64,000 bases of DNA from Mobula hypostoma. Lineage: Eukaryota. Below the pieces are notes generated by a model. That model worked only from the letters and a program-made list of their open reading frames with translations, searched no databases and was not told the DNA's origin. The stretch is from positions 84,756,001 through 84,820,000 of the forward strand of contig NC_086108.1 in assembly GCF_963921235.1 (NCBI RefSeq), written 5' to 3'. The position numbers and the translations under genes were made by a program. This document shows, in pieces, positions 53,319-64,000 of the stretch (position 1 is the first letter of the stretch; each line of letters opens with the position of its first letter).

Positions 53319-54914
53319 ATTACACGGTAATAGGTCATATTCAAGCACTGGTAGAAACCAGGGACCTTTCTCTAGCCTATTATTGTTTAATGTACAAAAG
53401 GGACAATTCAAAAGGAGAATACCAAAATAACGAGATGGGAAAAATATTCTATCCAGCTCTATTAATTTTGAGTCTTTCATTTTCTCATTTCTGAAGGCAT
53501 ACACCTTTTTCTCTTGAAATGTCAAGCTACCTTCAAAACACTGGAGAAGAGTTTTCACTCAAAAGATTACCAACCAGCCAGATTCAAGATAAAGTTAAAG
53601 ATAAAGTTCAGACCTGAACAAAAAAAATCCTGATTAACAGGCAAACTATAAACCACTTCCATTTGAATTAAAACTGCTTCTTCAGAAAGCATATAAAAAA
53701 TCTCATCTTAATGTTATCTCAGAAATACTGACTTAAAAAACCTGATATTGAACATAACCGAGGAATATATTCCTTAATACAAATACAACACACAGCAGAT
53801 AATGGGAAATTTGAACAAAAAAAGGGAAAATATTAAAAGCAGGCAGGTGAGGCAACATGTTAAAATAACTTAATGTCTGAATCACTCATAATAAACAAAT
53901 TTAGATTTACATCTTGCAAATGCTTGTGACTAAAATAATGCTCCTGTAAATTACAACATAAATTCATAAATTCTGTGAGAGCCAATTGTATTCCACATTT
54001 TAATTCTTTGGGTAGAGATTTCTGGATTCTGCAAGGGGGACTCTCCATAAAACCTGAATGACCTTTAATTATATTTCTGTTGTGTAATAATAATATGTCA
54101 ATACTCACATTGCCTTATCCACCCAATAACATTGCTACGCCCACTGCCAAATGAAACAATTTCCATGCAGCTCAGAACATTTGGTGAGTTTAATTTAATG
54201 GCAACACAACATATGAATAAATACATTGTGCTGTTGTAAAACACTTAGCTGATATTATGTTATAATCACAGTCCAGACATACAGGAGCATAATTATTAAA
54301 TAACTGAAATGTTAGTCAGTTATCACATTTCTGATTTAGAGATTCCCATGTGAAAACATCTGTTGGATGAAAACAATGTTTGTTTCAAAGCAAAAACCAT
54401 TGAACGATTATATAACTGTTTTACATCTCTTGAAATGATCTTTCCCTTATGTTAGCTTTGGTTCTTTTGCCAGTCACTTTTATTCCATGTTCCCTAGTTC
54501 TTGCCCTTCATAGTTTTAAATCAGTGTTGGATCCCTTTGCAACTTCCTTTTCCCCCCAAAGAGAACAATTTCAGTTTCTCCTGCCTATCCATGTAACAGT
54601 ACAAAATCCCTAGATTGACTTTCTAAAATCCTTTCTGCAGTCTCCCAAAAATCTTCAAATCGTTTATAAGTTATGCTGCCAAGAATTAGACACAATAAAT
54701 TCTCCAGTAGTACCTGAACCAGTTTATTAGTTTGTCATGACTTCATTTTTCTTGTACTCTTTGTTTCCTGTCTTTTTTAACCACGGTCTCAAACTAACCT
54801 GAAAATTTCATGGAACTACGTATATCTGACACCACCTTTTCCAGTTCTTAAACCCCTTTTAAAATTGGGCACTCTGGTTTACTTTGGCACTACCCACTAA
54901 TTGTAATACTTATC

Positions 54915-55255
54915 AGCCCTCAATCCCCTGCAGCCAACCAACAGCACATCGGAGTTCACAATGCTGTCATCTACCTGCTGAATGGAGCCTAATCCCAATT
55001 GGATAAGCAAGGCAGCACTGTGAGGATCATGTTTTTTGATTTCTCTAGTGCCTTCAATACCATACAGCCCTTATTGCTGGGGTGAGAGCTCCATTCAATG
55101 CAGATTGGCACTTCCACTGTATTTTGGATAATGGATCACCCGACTGGCAGACCATAGTTTGTGTGGCTTCACAGCTGTGTGTCAGACATGGCTGCAAGCA
55201 GCACTGGGGCCCCACAGGAGACTGTATTGGCTTCCTTCCTGTTTACCTTGTAAAC
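54915..55255 (+). mobile_element. Rex1/Babar RT fragment
   Basis: Translates LDKQGSTVRIMFFDFSSAFNTIQP...TGAPQETVLASFLF. Confidence 0.75.
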
Positions 55256-55482
55256 TTCTAATAGATGCTTGGAGAGGTATTTTGATTTGGCCACATGCTT
55301 GAAAATCTAGGGTAGATACTGTATATCTGATTTAGGAATTCTTGAGTTGGAAGATGGATGCAAAGAAAAGCACTTATTGATAAACGATAGTTTTCAGTAC
55401 TTCTAGGAACAGAAACTTGTTCATTTTGCAGAAACAAAATATTGCCTGGATAATTCTATGTTTCATCATAGGTTCAACCTAC

Positions 55483-55580
55483 CTCATACTCCTGTGAGAA
55501 CTTCAAATTATCATTGGCCTTTAATCTTTCAATATTGTCGGCAAGATCAGTGATAGGAATTGGTGGATGATCTCTCATGC
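55483..55580 (-). CDS. PTPRF: PTPRF exon, juxtamembrane/wedge region ([32 protein letters not shown])
   Basis: ttggttag| 98 nt |gtaggt. [20 protein letters not shown] is the PTPRF-type sequence. Confidence 0.95.
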
Positions 55581-57637
55581 CTAACCAAATGAAAGCCAAA
55601 AAGTTAGTAAGATGACATGACATTTTCAAACAAATAAAATGGAGTAGTTATTAAAAACACGTATGCATTATGCATGTAAAAAGGTTATGTGTGATTTTAC
55701 CAAAACTTTACAATATCACATGCGTCAGAATCTGTGGATTTTTTTTATATAAGTAAAATTGCATGGTTGAAACTGTTCTCTAGCGAACATGCTCAGATGC
55801 AACAGTCACTGATCACATGGCACATAGTTTCTAAGCAGCCCATATGTGGTTACATACAGAAAGTGATGACAAAGGCAGATTTGAATGAGAAAGACAGCAA
55901 AGGCTGTTAAAATGCAGCAACCCCTTTTTCTCACCTACACAGGATGAGTTCGTAACCAAATCCATAATGCATGTTTCTGTTTCAAGAGTGAGAGAGAATA
56001 ATCAATCTTGCAGGAGTACTCAGACAAAAATTTTACTCCTGACTTTCTCATGTTTCAAAGGAATTACTCAATGAAAGGCGGGGGGTGGGGGTGAATGGAG
56101 AAAGAGGCTTTCGTGTTCTCACGTTTTTCAGCTATTATAGTAAATATTAGACAATGGAATTCACAATCCTCTGCAAAATCCACATTCTGATTAGTAACTT
56201 TCTCCTACATGTTGTCACTTATGATGAAGGTCATTTGTTTTAAAGTGGGAATGCATTCAATGGTACCTGTTTGATTTTCATCAGCTTTTAAGGTAAAAAA
56301 GGTAAAATAAGACAACTCAAAACAATTTTCAAATTCACAGTAATGACTGCAACTTAATAGTGTTTAAAGAATCAGAAGCAACTTACTTTATTGTGTTTAT
56401 TATAACTCTTGAAATCACAAACTTAACTATTGTTAGTAATGCTATCTACGTTTAAATATAAAATTTGAAAAATGTCCTTGAGGAGGCTCATCACCTTTCA
56501 CATACCAATACGAATGAGGAAGGTTTTAACATATATACCATTTTCTATGAGGAAAAATTTTATTCTTTACTCAGTACTACATTTTCAGATATGAGTTCAG
56601 AGTTCTGGGGAGACTCATTATTACTGATGCTAATATGCAAGTAGATACTTTATAATAAAATATTACATAGAGTAAAAAGAATGCTTCAAACATAATGTTT
56701 CCATTGTACTCATTATTAGCTCATAAAACACTTCTCTCAGGTATGTCTTTTATAGCATCCCTTTAAGTCTTTTTCAGAAATAAAACAAAGGCTGCTTTAA
56801 AGGAAACATGGTACTTAAATTGGTATTAAGAACTAATCCCCAGAAATTAGTTCCTATTCTGATTCCTGCATTTACTTTACAGAACATCACAAAATGTGGA
56901 AGATAAAATTTGTACACTGATCTCTCAAAGTACCAGTCCACAGCCAGTTAAGTTTTTTTTATATAAGCATGTTAAACTTCACCATAACTACATATTAAGA
57001 TTATGATTTTATATTCTGGCTTCCTGTCATATATGAGCAGTTTATGCAATTAAATTCCTGAAAAATATAGTAGATGCTAGCTTGAAATAAGATAATTTGT
57101 GCTTGAGGAGGAGAAGCTAGAAGACTATCTAGCTCAAGTTATTTGAAGCTTGAATAGTGTGAGGATTCAATGTCTTTGAAATAAATAAAAAAGCTACAAA
57201 AGAATCTTTAAAATTAGAGCTAAATTACAACTTTAATCATATGTGTGACGTTGTGGCAGAAAATTAACACTACACTAATATATTAGCAAAGAATTATTTT
57301 GAAAGAATTTAGTAACAGTATCAGCTTTTCCAGACCATTAGCTATAACTCTTTTAGCAGCCATTTGTGGGTCAGCAAATTGATGGACAGAAGTTATTTAA
57401 ATTGAGATTTAATTTTCTTAATTAACAAAAGCTAAAATGTTCAATTTGTCAGATTGGAACTGAAATTAGCTTTGCTTGTGCAACAATGAAAAGATGCAGC
57501 TCTTCAATGGATGCTTCAATAAAATATATTTTTAATATGCCTTACACTTGAAATTATTTTAAAACACACCCACTCAACACGGATTTTTAAATTTTTAGTC
57601 AATGTGCCACAATCATTCTAACATGCTCTGTGTTAAT

Positions 57638-58110
57638 TTAACAAGTGGGTTGTTGCAGTTTCTTAAACATGTAAAGAATATCATTAAGAATAGTACTAAC
57701 ACTGACGGAGAGCTATTGCTTTCCTTATATAAAAGTAAATTTATGTATTCCCAATGAAAATGTTTTTGCAGCACAGTTGCCTCTCACTCCCAATTACATT
57801 GCAACCACATCTGTGTGTAATTCCTTTGTCTCCAAAATTGTATTATTAACTGTATTCTAGTTTAAATAACTTTAAGAATTATATAAAACTATCAGTTGAA
57901 CTTTTACATTCCCTAGCACATTAGATAAAGAATAACAGTTTTAAATATCACAATTCAAAAACTGAATTGCTTTGCGCTGCAAAAACATTTTCATTGGGAA
58001 TACATAAATTTACTTTTATATGAGGAATGCAATAGCTCTCTGTCAGTGTTAGTACTATTCTTAATGATATTCTTTACATGTTTAAGAAACTACAATAACC
58101 CACTTGTTAA
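57638..58110. repeat. Long inverted repeat, 138-bp arms, ~197-bp spacer
   Basis: 57638-57775 is the reverse complement of 57973-58110 with about 6 mismatches (counted by eye). Confidence 0.92.
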
Positions 58111-58171
58111 CAGTAGGACTTTTACATACTTAGAAGAAATCATGTTTATAATTTTGTTTAAAGTTGTCTTA

Positions 58172-58390
58172 AGAGTAAAGTTTTTTTACTCAGAGAGTGG
58201 TGAGTGTGTGGAATGGGCTGCTGGCAATGGTGGTAGAGGTGGATACGATAGGGTCTTTTAAGAGACTTTTGGATAGGTACACGGAGCTCAGAAAAATAGA
58301 GGGCTATAAGTAAGCCTAGTAATTTCTAAGGTAAGGACATGTTTGGCACAACTTTGTGGTATTGTGCTGTAGATTTTCCACGTTTTCTAA
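58172..58390 (+). mobile_element. Short CR1 3' end
   Basis: TTTTTTACTCAGAGAGTGGTGAGTGTGTGGAATG...GGCACAACTTTGTGG, homologous to 23320-23520. Confidence 0.7.
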
Positions 58391-58890
58391 GAGTGAATTT
58401 TTAGTGTATTTTATTAATTTTGATTTACTTTCTAGACCATGGGTAAGCTTTCTACTTGTAATGAGATGAAGTGATTGTTCTTAAGAATAAATACAGGTGT
58501 GGGAAAGGATAATAGACAAGGAACCTAAATGTTTTATGATAGTTAAGAGGATAAAACCATTTGCCCCATGAAGTAGCCGTCTCACAGCAGAAACTCATTA
58601 CAGAATATAAACATAATTTGACATCTGACAATTGGCATGCTTGCCAATTTTTTCCGCCAAACATTTTTGCATAGGTTAGTATTCTGAATAGAACATATAC
58701 CTGTTTTTAAATTAAACAGAATGTGAATATAACTTTAATTGAGCCTGTGTAGATAACAAAGGGGATACTGCTCAATTAGTCTGCCTGAAGTTGAGATTAG
58801 GTTCTTTTGAGCAAAAATAACCTTCATGACACAGCAAGAGGAAATGTACAGAAAAAAAGTGCAGAAGAGACACAGGATAATTAAACTAAC

Positions 58891-58923
58891 TTGAGTTGTT
58901 TGGGCAACTGGGGGCACTTGGAC
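58891..58923 (-). CDS. PTPRF: PTPRF 33-nt alternatively spliced mini-exon (LASE-a/meD-like), GPSAPSCPNNS
   Basis: Minus strand ttttcttcccacag|GTCCAAGTGCCCCCAGTTGCCCAAACAACTCAA|gttagt. It is 33 nt, phase 1-1, and resembles the mammalian LAR insert (GSSAPSCPNIS, from memory) that precedes MRDHPP. Confidence 0.85.
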
Positions 58924-59844
58924 CTGTGGGAAGAAAATGGCGTAGAAATTTTGTTTTATAAGAAAAGAAAATAGTGAAGATTTAAAAATATATATATAAG
59001 GGAAGATAACATTTTATCTTAAACCAGAAAAGAGATCAGGGTCAACTATAACAATTGGAAAAATAAAATTATATTCTCAGGGGGTGGGGGGGGGTGAGGT
59101 TCACATACCATTTAAGTATTTCCTTCAGTGAGCAGCTAACTTTCTGACTTAGAATAGTTCCATCATATGAAGCTTGAAAGGTCAAATAGTGCAGCATTTA
59201 AAACAGTACATTAGCTATTTAGTTCTTTTAACATTCTGTACAAATTTTGCTTCACTGAAGCATTGGGCAAAAATTACATTCCATTTGTTCCCTTACTTCA
59301 GGAAGTGTGCCAATTTTCTAGTTGAACCCCTGAGAATACTAAGCATCCACAAAAAGGCATATTATAAAAACAAGTATGAAATAAACATATTACAGACACA
59401 GTTCTGTGTTGATTTTTCCATTTCACTGTTGTGTAAAATAGACCTGGTTTCAACATTAAAAAATCCATTTAATCCACAATGATCACATGGACTCTATAAG
59501 CCCTTACAAACACATTGTTCTGTTGACAGGTTGATGCAAGGACAAAGGGACAGAAGAGGTTTAAACACTTGTATACTCTGGCATATTACTGTCAATTTTT
59601 TCCATCTAGCAAGCAAGTGCTCATATCACCCTGAATCAGTCATAAACAAGCTTTAGCATGGAAGAAAATCAGTACTTATCAACAATTATTTTTGGACAAG
59701 TTATAAAATAATAATTGAGTCATTAGAGAGGTTAGTCAGTAAAATACAAGTCTCCAGCTAGGAGGTACGTTTTATGATGCTCGGAGGATGCTAGGAGGTA
59801 CGTTTTAAGTAAGTGTTGATCTGTTTACCTGATACAGGTACATA

Positions 59845-60890
59845 TTATTAGATTTTTGATGGTGGTGTGAGTCCTGAGGCTCCTGTACCTTCTTCCTGAA
59901 GGCAGCATTGAGAAGAGAGCAAGAACTGGGCAGTGGGAGTCTCTGATGATGGATGCTGATATCTTGCAACAGTGCTCTGTGCAGATGTACTCAATAGTAG
60001 GGAGGGCTTTACTTTTGATGGATTGGGCCGTATCCAATGAATTTTGTATGATTTTCCATTCAAAGGCATTGGTGCATCCATATCAGGCTGTGATACAACC
60101 AGTCAATGTACCCTCCACCATACATCCATAGAAGTTTGACAAGTTTTAGATATCATGCCAAATCTTTGTAGACGTTTTAAGAGTAGAAGTGCTGCCGTGC
60201 TTTCTTCATAATTGCACTTCCGTGTTGTGCCTAGGACAGGTCCTCGGAAATGATAACACCAAGGAATCTAAAGTTGCTGACCCTCTCCACCTCTGATCCC
60301 CAATGAAGACTGGCTCAAGGACCTCTGCTTTCCTCTTCCTGAAGTCAATATTTATCTCCTTGGTCTTGCTATCATTGAGTGAGAGGTTGTTGATGTAGCA
60401 CCACTTAGCCAGATTTTCAATCTCCCTCCTATGTGCTGATTTGTCACCACCTTTGATTTGGCCAGCGACAGTAGTATTGTCAGCAAACTTAAATATGGCA
60501 TTGGATCTGTGCTTAGCCACAGTCCATAGCATAAAGCAAGTAGAGCAGGGGGCTAAGCACACAGCCTTGTGGTGCACCATGCTGATGGGGATTGAGGAGG
60601 AAATGTTGCCAATCTGAACTGACTGGGGTCTGCAAGTGAAGAAATTGAGGATTTAATTGCACAAGGAGGAATTGAGGCTAAAGTCTTGGAGCTTATTGAC
60701 AAGTTTTGAGGGGAAGAGAGTATTGAATGCCAAGTTGTAGTTGATAATGAACATGAATCTTTGTTGTCCAGATGTTTCAGGGTTGAGTGAAGAGCCAGTG
60801 AAATGGTGTGGATGTGTTGTGACAGTAGGCAAATTGGAGTGAATCCAAGTTGCATCTCAGGCAGGAATTGATATGTTTCATTACAGCCTA
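59845..60890 (-). mobile_element. Rex1/Babar LINE 3' half, decayed
   Basis: Minus ORFs with KFADNTTV, LSLNDSKTKE and LPSGRRYRSL. Confidence 0.85.
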
Positions 60891-62477
60891 TTCTTAAAAA
60901 CATCTTCAACTTGCTACTCAAGGCATCCTGGTAGATCTTGTGACTCCTTCAGCACTATGGTAGTGTTTTCTACCATAAACTCCTTTAGCATCCACTTACT
61001 TCCCTCAGTATTTATCATCTTTCATCGTTCTCAGATGCCGAACTATCTACTGCTTTAGTATGTAGTGGCATCCATGGCATCCAAACTATTCCTTTATTTC
61101 TAAAGTCTGCTGCTATTGATCAAGCATTCATATATTGAAACAGATGATTTGTGCACTGTTGTAATTGCGAGCTGAGATAGCAGTGGTGATATTCAAATTT
61201 ACTGTTTTATAACAGATTCTGCTGATGTCAACCAAATAATTTATTTATCAGCTGTTCACATGAGATCTTTGGAACAGTTATATAGTGAAAGATCCAGGTT
61301 GGAGGTGAAGTACTACTGAAACTTTAATTTGAACAGGATAATTACATGGCACTATGCTAAATTTAACTGGTATCATACTTATTTGCTAATTTCACTGTAA
61401 AATGTTAATTTCACCTGTTATTGCTCTCATTTGCAAGATGATTATATCTGATTGGCAATTATGCAGTCTTTCAGACTATTGAAATATTTCTTTTAATTAC
61501 CATCCTATGGTTTCATGCTGTGGCAATTTTTTTTAATACCTAGACCCATTCTTATCTTTTCGTTATATGTCATAATACATACATATTGATATAAAGGAAA
61601 CAACTTTGCACCATTCAACTAATCTTGTTTAGTTGATTTGACCTTGGAACCAATTGCATCTTTTGAGACAAGGTGGTTAAGTCTGTTGGAGTATTCTCTT
61701 TTTACTTCCAATATTTTAACAGAAATTATTTTACTTTTAAAATTATGTATTGATTTGATTCCTGACAAAAAGAACAAAGTCTGCTTCTCTGTAATAAGAG
61801 GATTTAATTTAAATATATGCTATTCTTATAATGGTCCTCTTATTTTTATAGAACGATAAACATCAGTGCCCCTCCAGACAATGCTGTGGAGCCATACAGA
61901 AATGATCTCACATTCCTGTTCCACCTCCATGGTCTGTAAAAATTCCATTCTAAAACTTGTCATATTTTGTTTTAAAAAAAAGGAACAAAAAGACTTGCAA
62001 TTACTACTAGCAATGGTTGGAATGACCTAGCTACTTTGAATCCATGGAGCACCCATAGAAAAGAAAATTCCTGACTGAAACAAGCAGTATATTTGGAGGA
62101 GAGAAGAGATATTTCCCAGAAGTCTAAGCTTATTTTCCCACACATATTCTAGGTCAAACGTAGCCAAAATCAACATGACTGAAAACTAATTTATACCTTA
62201 CATGTAGCCAATATCTTGAATTGCACACAGACAGGTTTATGCACATTTACTCTGATCACATTAACCATAGCTTTAGTCTATTCAAATTATTTTTGGCACT
62301 TTTGACATGGATTTACTGTACATGAAGCAGATGTGCAAGTGAAAATATAACCAAATCAACTGCTTAACTTATTAGATCAATAAGCTCTTCAAAATATGAG
62401 GGAATGCCAAAACAGGAAAGTAAAGGTAAAAAATCTAATTGCCTTAAATCCCTGAATACAAGAAAATAAGAAGCAGG

Positions 62478-62913
62478 AGTAGTGTGGAACAAGCTGCCAG
62501 CGCAACTGGTATTCTCTGTGAATTCTCTGCCACAGGAAACAGTTGAGGCCAGTTCATTGGCTATATTTAAGAGGGAGTTAGATATGGCCCTTGTGGCTAC
62601 GGGGGTCAGGGTGTATGGAGGGAAGGCTGGGGCGGGGTTCTGAGTTGGATGATCAGCCATGATCATAATAAATGGCGGTGCAGGCTCGAAGGGCGGAATG
62701 GCCTACTCCTGCACCTATTTTCTATGTTTCTATGTTTCTATGTGAGTTTGATTTCAATGTTTAAGAGAAGTTTGGATAGGTACATGGATGGTAGGGGGTA
62801 TGGACGGCTATGGTCTCAGTGCAGGTCAATGGGAATAAGCAGTTTAAATGGGTTGGCAAGGACTAGATGGGCCAAAGGGCCTGTTTCTGTCCTGCTCTTT
62901 TCAATGACTCTAT
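62478..62913 (+). mobile_element. CR1 3' end (~62510-62742, same family as the 2836 element) nested in another CR1 3' end
   Basis: 62510-62742 is the reverse complement of 2836-3060 and has a (TTCTATGT)3 tail; its flanks join into a second CR1 tail ending ATGACTCTATG. Confidence 0.8.
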
Positions 62914-63354
62914 GAGGAGGGCGCCAGGCCCTTCAAGTCTTCCATGCCTTTTAAAATCTATGCTGACATCAGCTCCTCTTCTATATTCTTCTATATTTCT
63001 CCATAACTCTGTTCATCAATCTTGCAAATATTTATTGCCTTCTGTTTAAATAATACTAATGATCCAACATCCACTATCCAGCAGGAAGAGGATTCCAGAT
63101 ATTCACCACCCTCTGCAAGAAGAAATTTCTGTTCACTTCAGTCTTAAATGACTGCTCCTTTTCTTGCAGTTATGTCTCCTTATTTGAGACTCTTTCACAA
63201 TTCAGTAGTTCCCTACCAAGACCCCTTAGGATTCTATATGTTTGAGTACGGTCAACTCTCATCTCTTTAAACTTTAAGCTATACAGGCCTGAACTATTTA
63301 GCCTCTCTTGGTCAGACAATCAACAGTACAAGTGATAAAAGGATGCCAGTATTG

Positions 63355-64000
63355 GGCGGAGCTTAGGAGGACAATGGCGCCTAACGGTGATTCCTTTGCT
63401 TGCATTTTCGGAAACAACTCTATTTCTATCTTTAGTATCTCTATTTTTATCCATTTCAGAGTTCTTTTGAAGACCCTGACCTGGAGTTGCACGCTAACTT
63501 CAGTTCTTTGCGGAAATGGGTCCCGCTCTCAGGGTCTCACGACTGGCCGCTTTTCGATATGCCAAGGACGCGGCTTAGAAGACTAGCACACCTTCAGGGT
63601 GCCAGATTTTCGTGGCTCTGCAGGCGGGCAGACTCGAGAGCAGCAAGCTGGCTGCTGGCTGAGTGCCCAGAGGCCTGAGTTCTTTGGACACAGAGCTCGG
63701 AAAAAGCTACGCAACAGACTTTTAATACCATAAATTGGTAAGTTGTTTTGTTATGTCTCCTCTCTTGCTGTGATACAGGGACACCTCATTTTCCTTTATT
63801 AGGGAGAGAGAGAAAGAGCCTGTGGTATGTTGAATTACCGAATGAATGAGTAGTCTTTGAGACACTGCAAGTTTGTGTCTTTACTGATGCTTTGCTGCAT
63901 GCTTGAGTGCTTGGTGGGGTGTGGGGGGGTGCCAATGCTTTTTTGCTGGTGGGAGGGGGGAGCTGGGGGGTGCCTTGGGGTTCTAACATTTAACTGTCAT
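63355..64000 (+). mobile_element. Probable non-autonomous retroelement (GC-rich head; runs off the window)
   Basis: Abrupt CpG-rich segment starting GCGGAGCTTAGGAGGACAATGGCGCC; no credible ORF; family not determined. Confidence 0.4.

Noticed and set aside
53130..53558. 142-aa minus ORF
   Set aside because: It runs from intronic sequence into a SINE and has no protein motifs.
57638..58110. piggyBac MITE interpretation (TTAA at both ends)
   Set aside because: TTAA is self-complementary, so it is expected at both ends of any inverted repeat; the termini are not typical piggyBac CCY. Left unclassified.
58924..64000. Next upstream PTPRF exon (...DPVEMRRLNYQTP)
   Set aside because: I did not find it by eye; it presumably lies beyond the window.

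Overview
This is vertebrate genomic DNA. The CR1/Rex1/Penelope repeat landscape suggests a cartilaginous fish such as a ray, but that is an inference. The whole window lies inside a LAR-family receptor tyrosine phosphatase gene, best matching PTPRF, on the minus strand. Eight exons can be read with splice sites and consistent phases: 58891-58923 (33-nt LASE-a/meD-like mini-exon), 55483-55580, 48654-48777, 43283-43458, 22131-22250, 21653-21807, 19009-19294 and 2341-2519. They encode the juxtamembrane region, a catalytically intact D1 domain (KNRY, WPD, HCSAGVGR) and the start of D2 (KNRL). One intron is GC-AG. The introns are filled with transposons: an L1/Tx1 3' end, many CR1 and Rex1/Babar LINEs, an RTE tail, tRNA-head SINEs, Tigger/pogo derivatives (one closely resembling human MER2 as recalled from memory), a hAT element with a perfect 8-bp TSD, a probable solo LTR and Penelope-like (GIY-YIG) elements. 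The most notable unannotated signal is a family of minimal type-I hammerhead ribozymes (AGUC-CUGACGA-stem II-GAAAC-GUC/GACU) carried by the Penelope-derived insertions. Four copies with intact cores lie on the PTPRF pre-mRNA strand, two of them inside long inverted repeats. A 138-bp-arm inverted repeat that I cannot assign to a transposon sits near the mini-exon. All repeat-family names come from motif recognition, not database searches.
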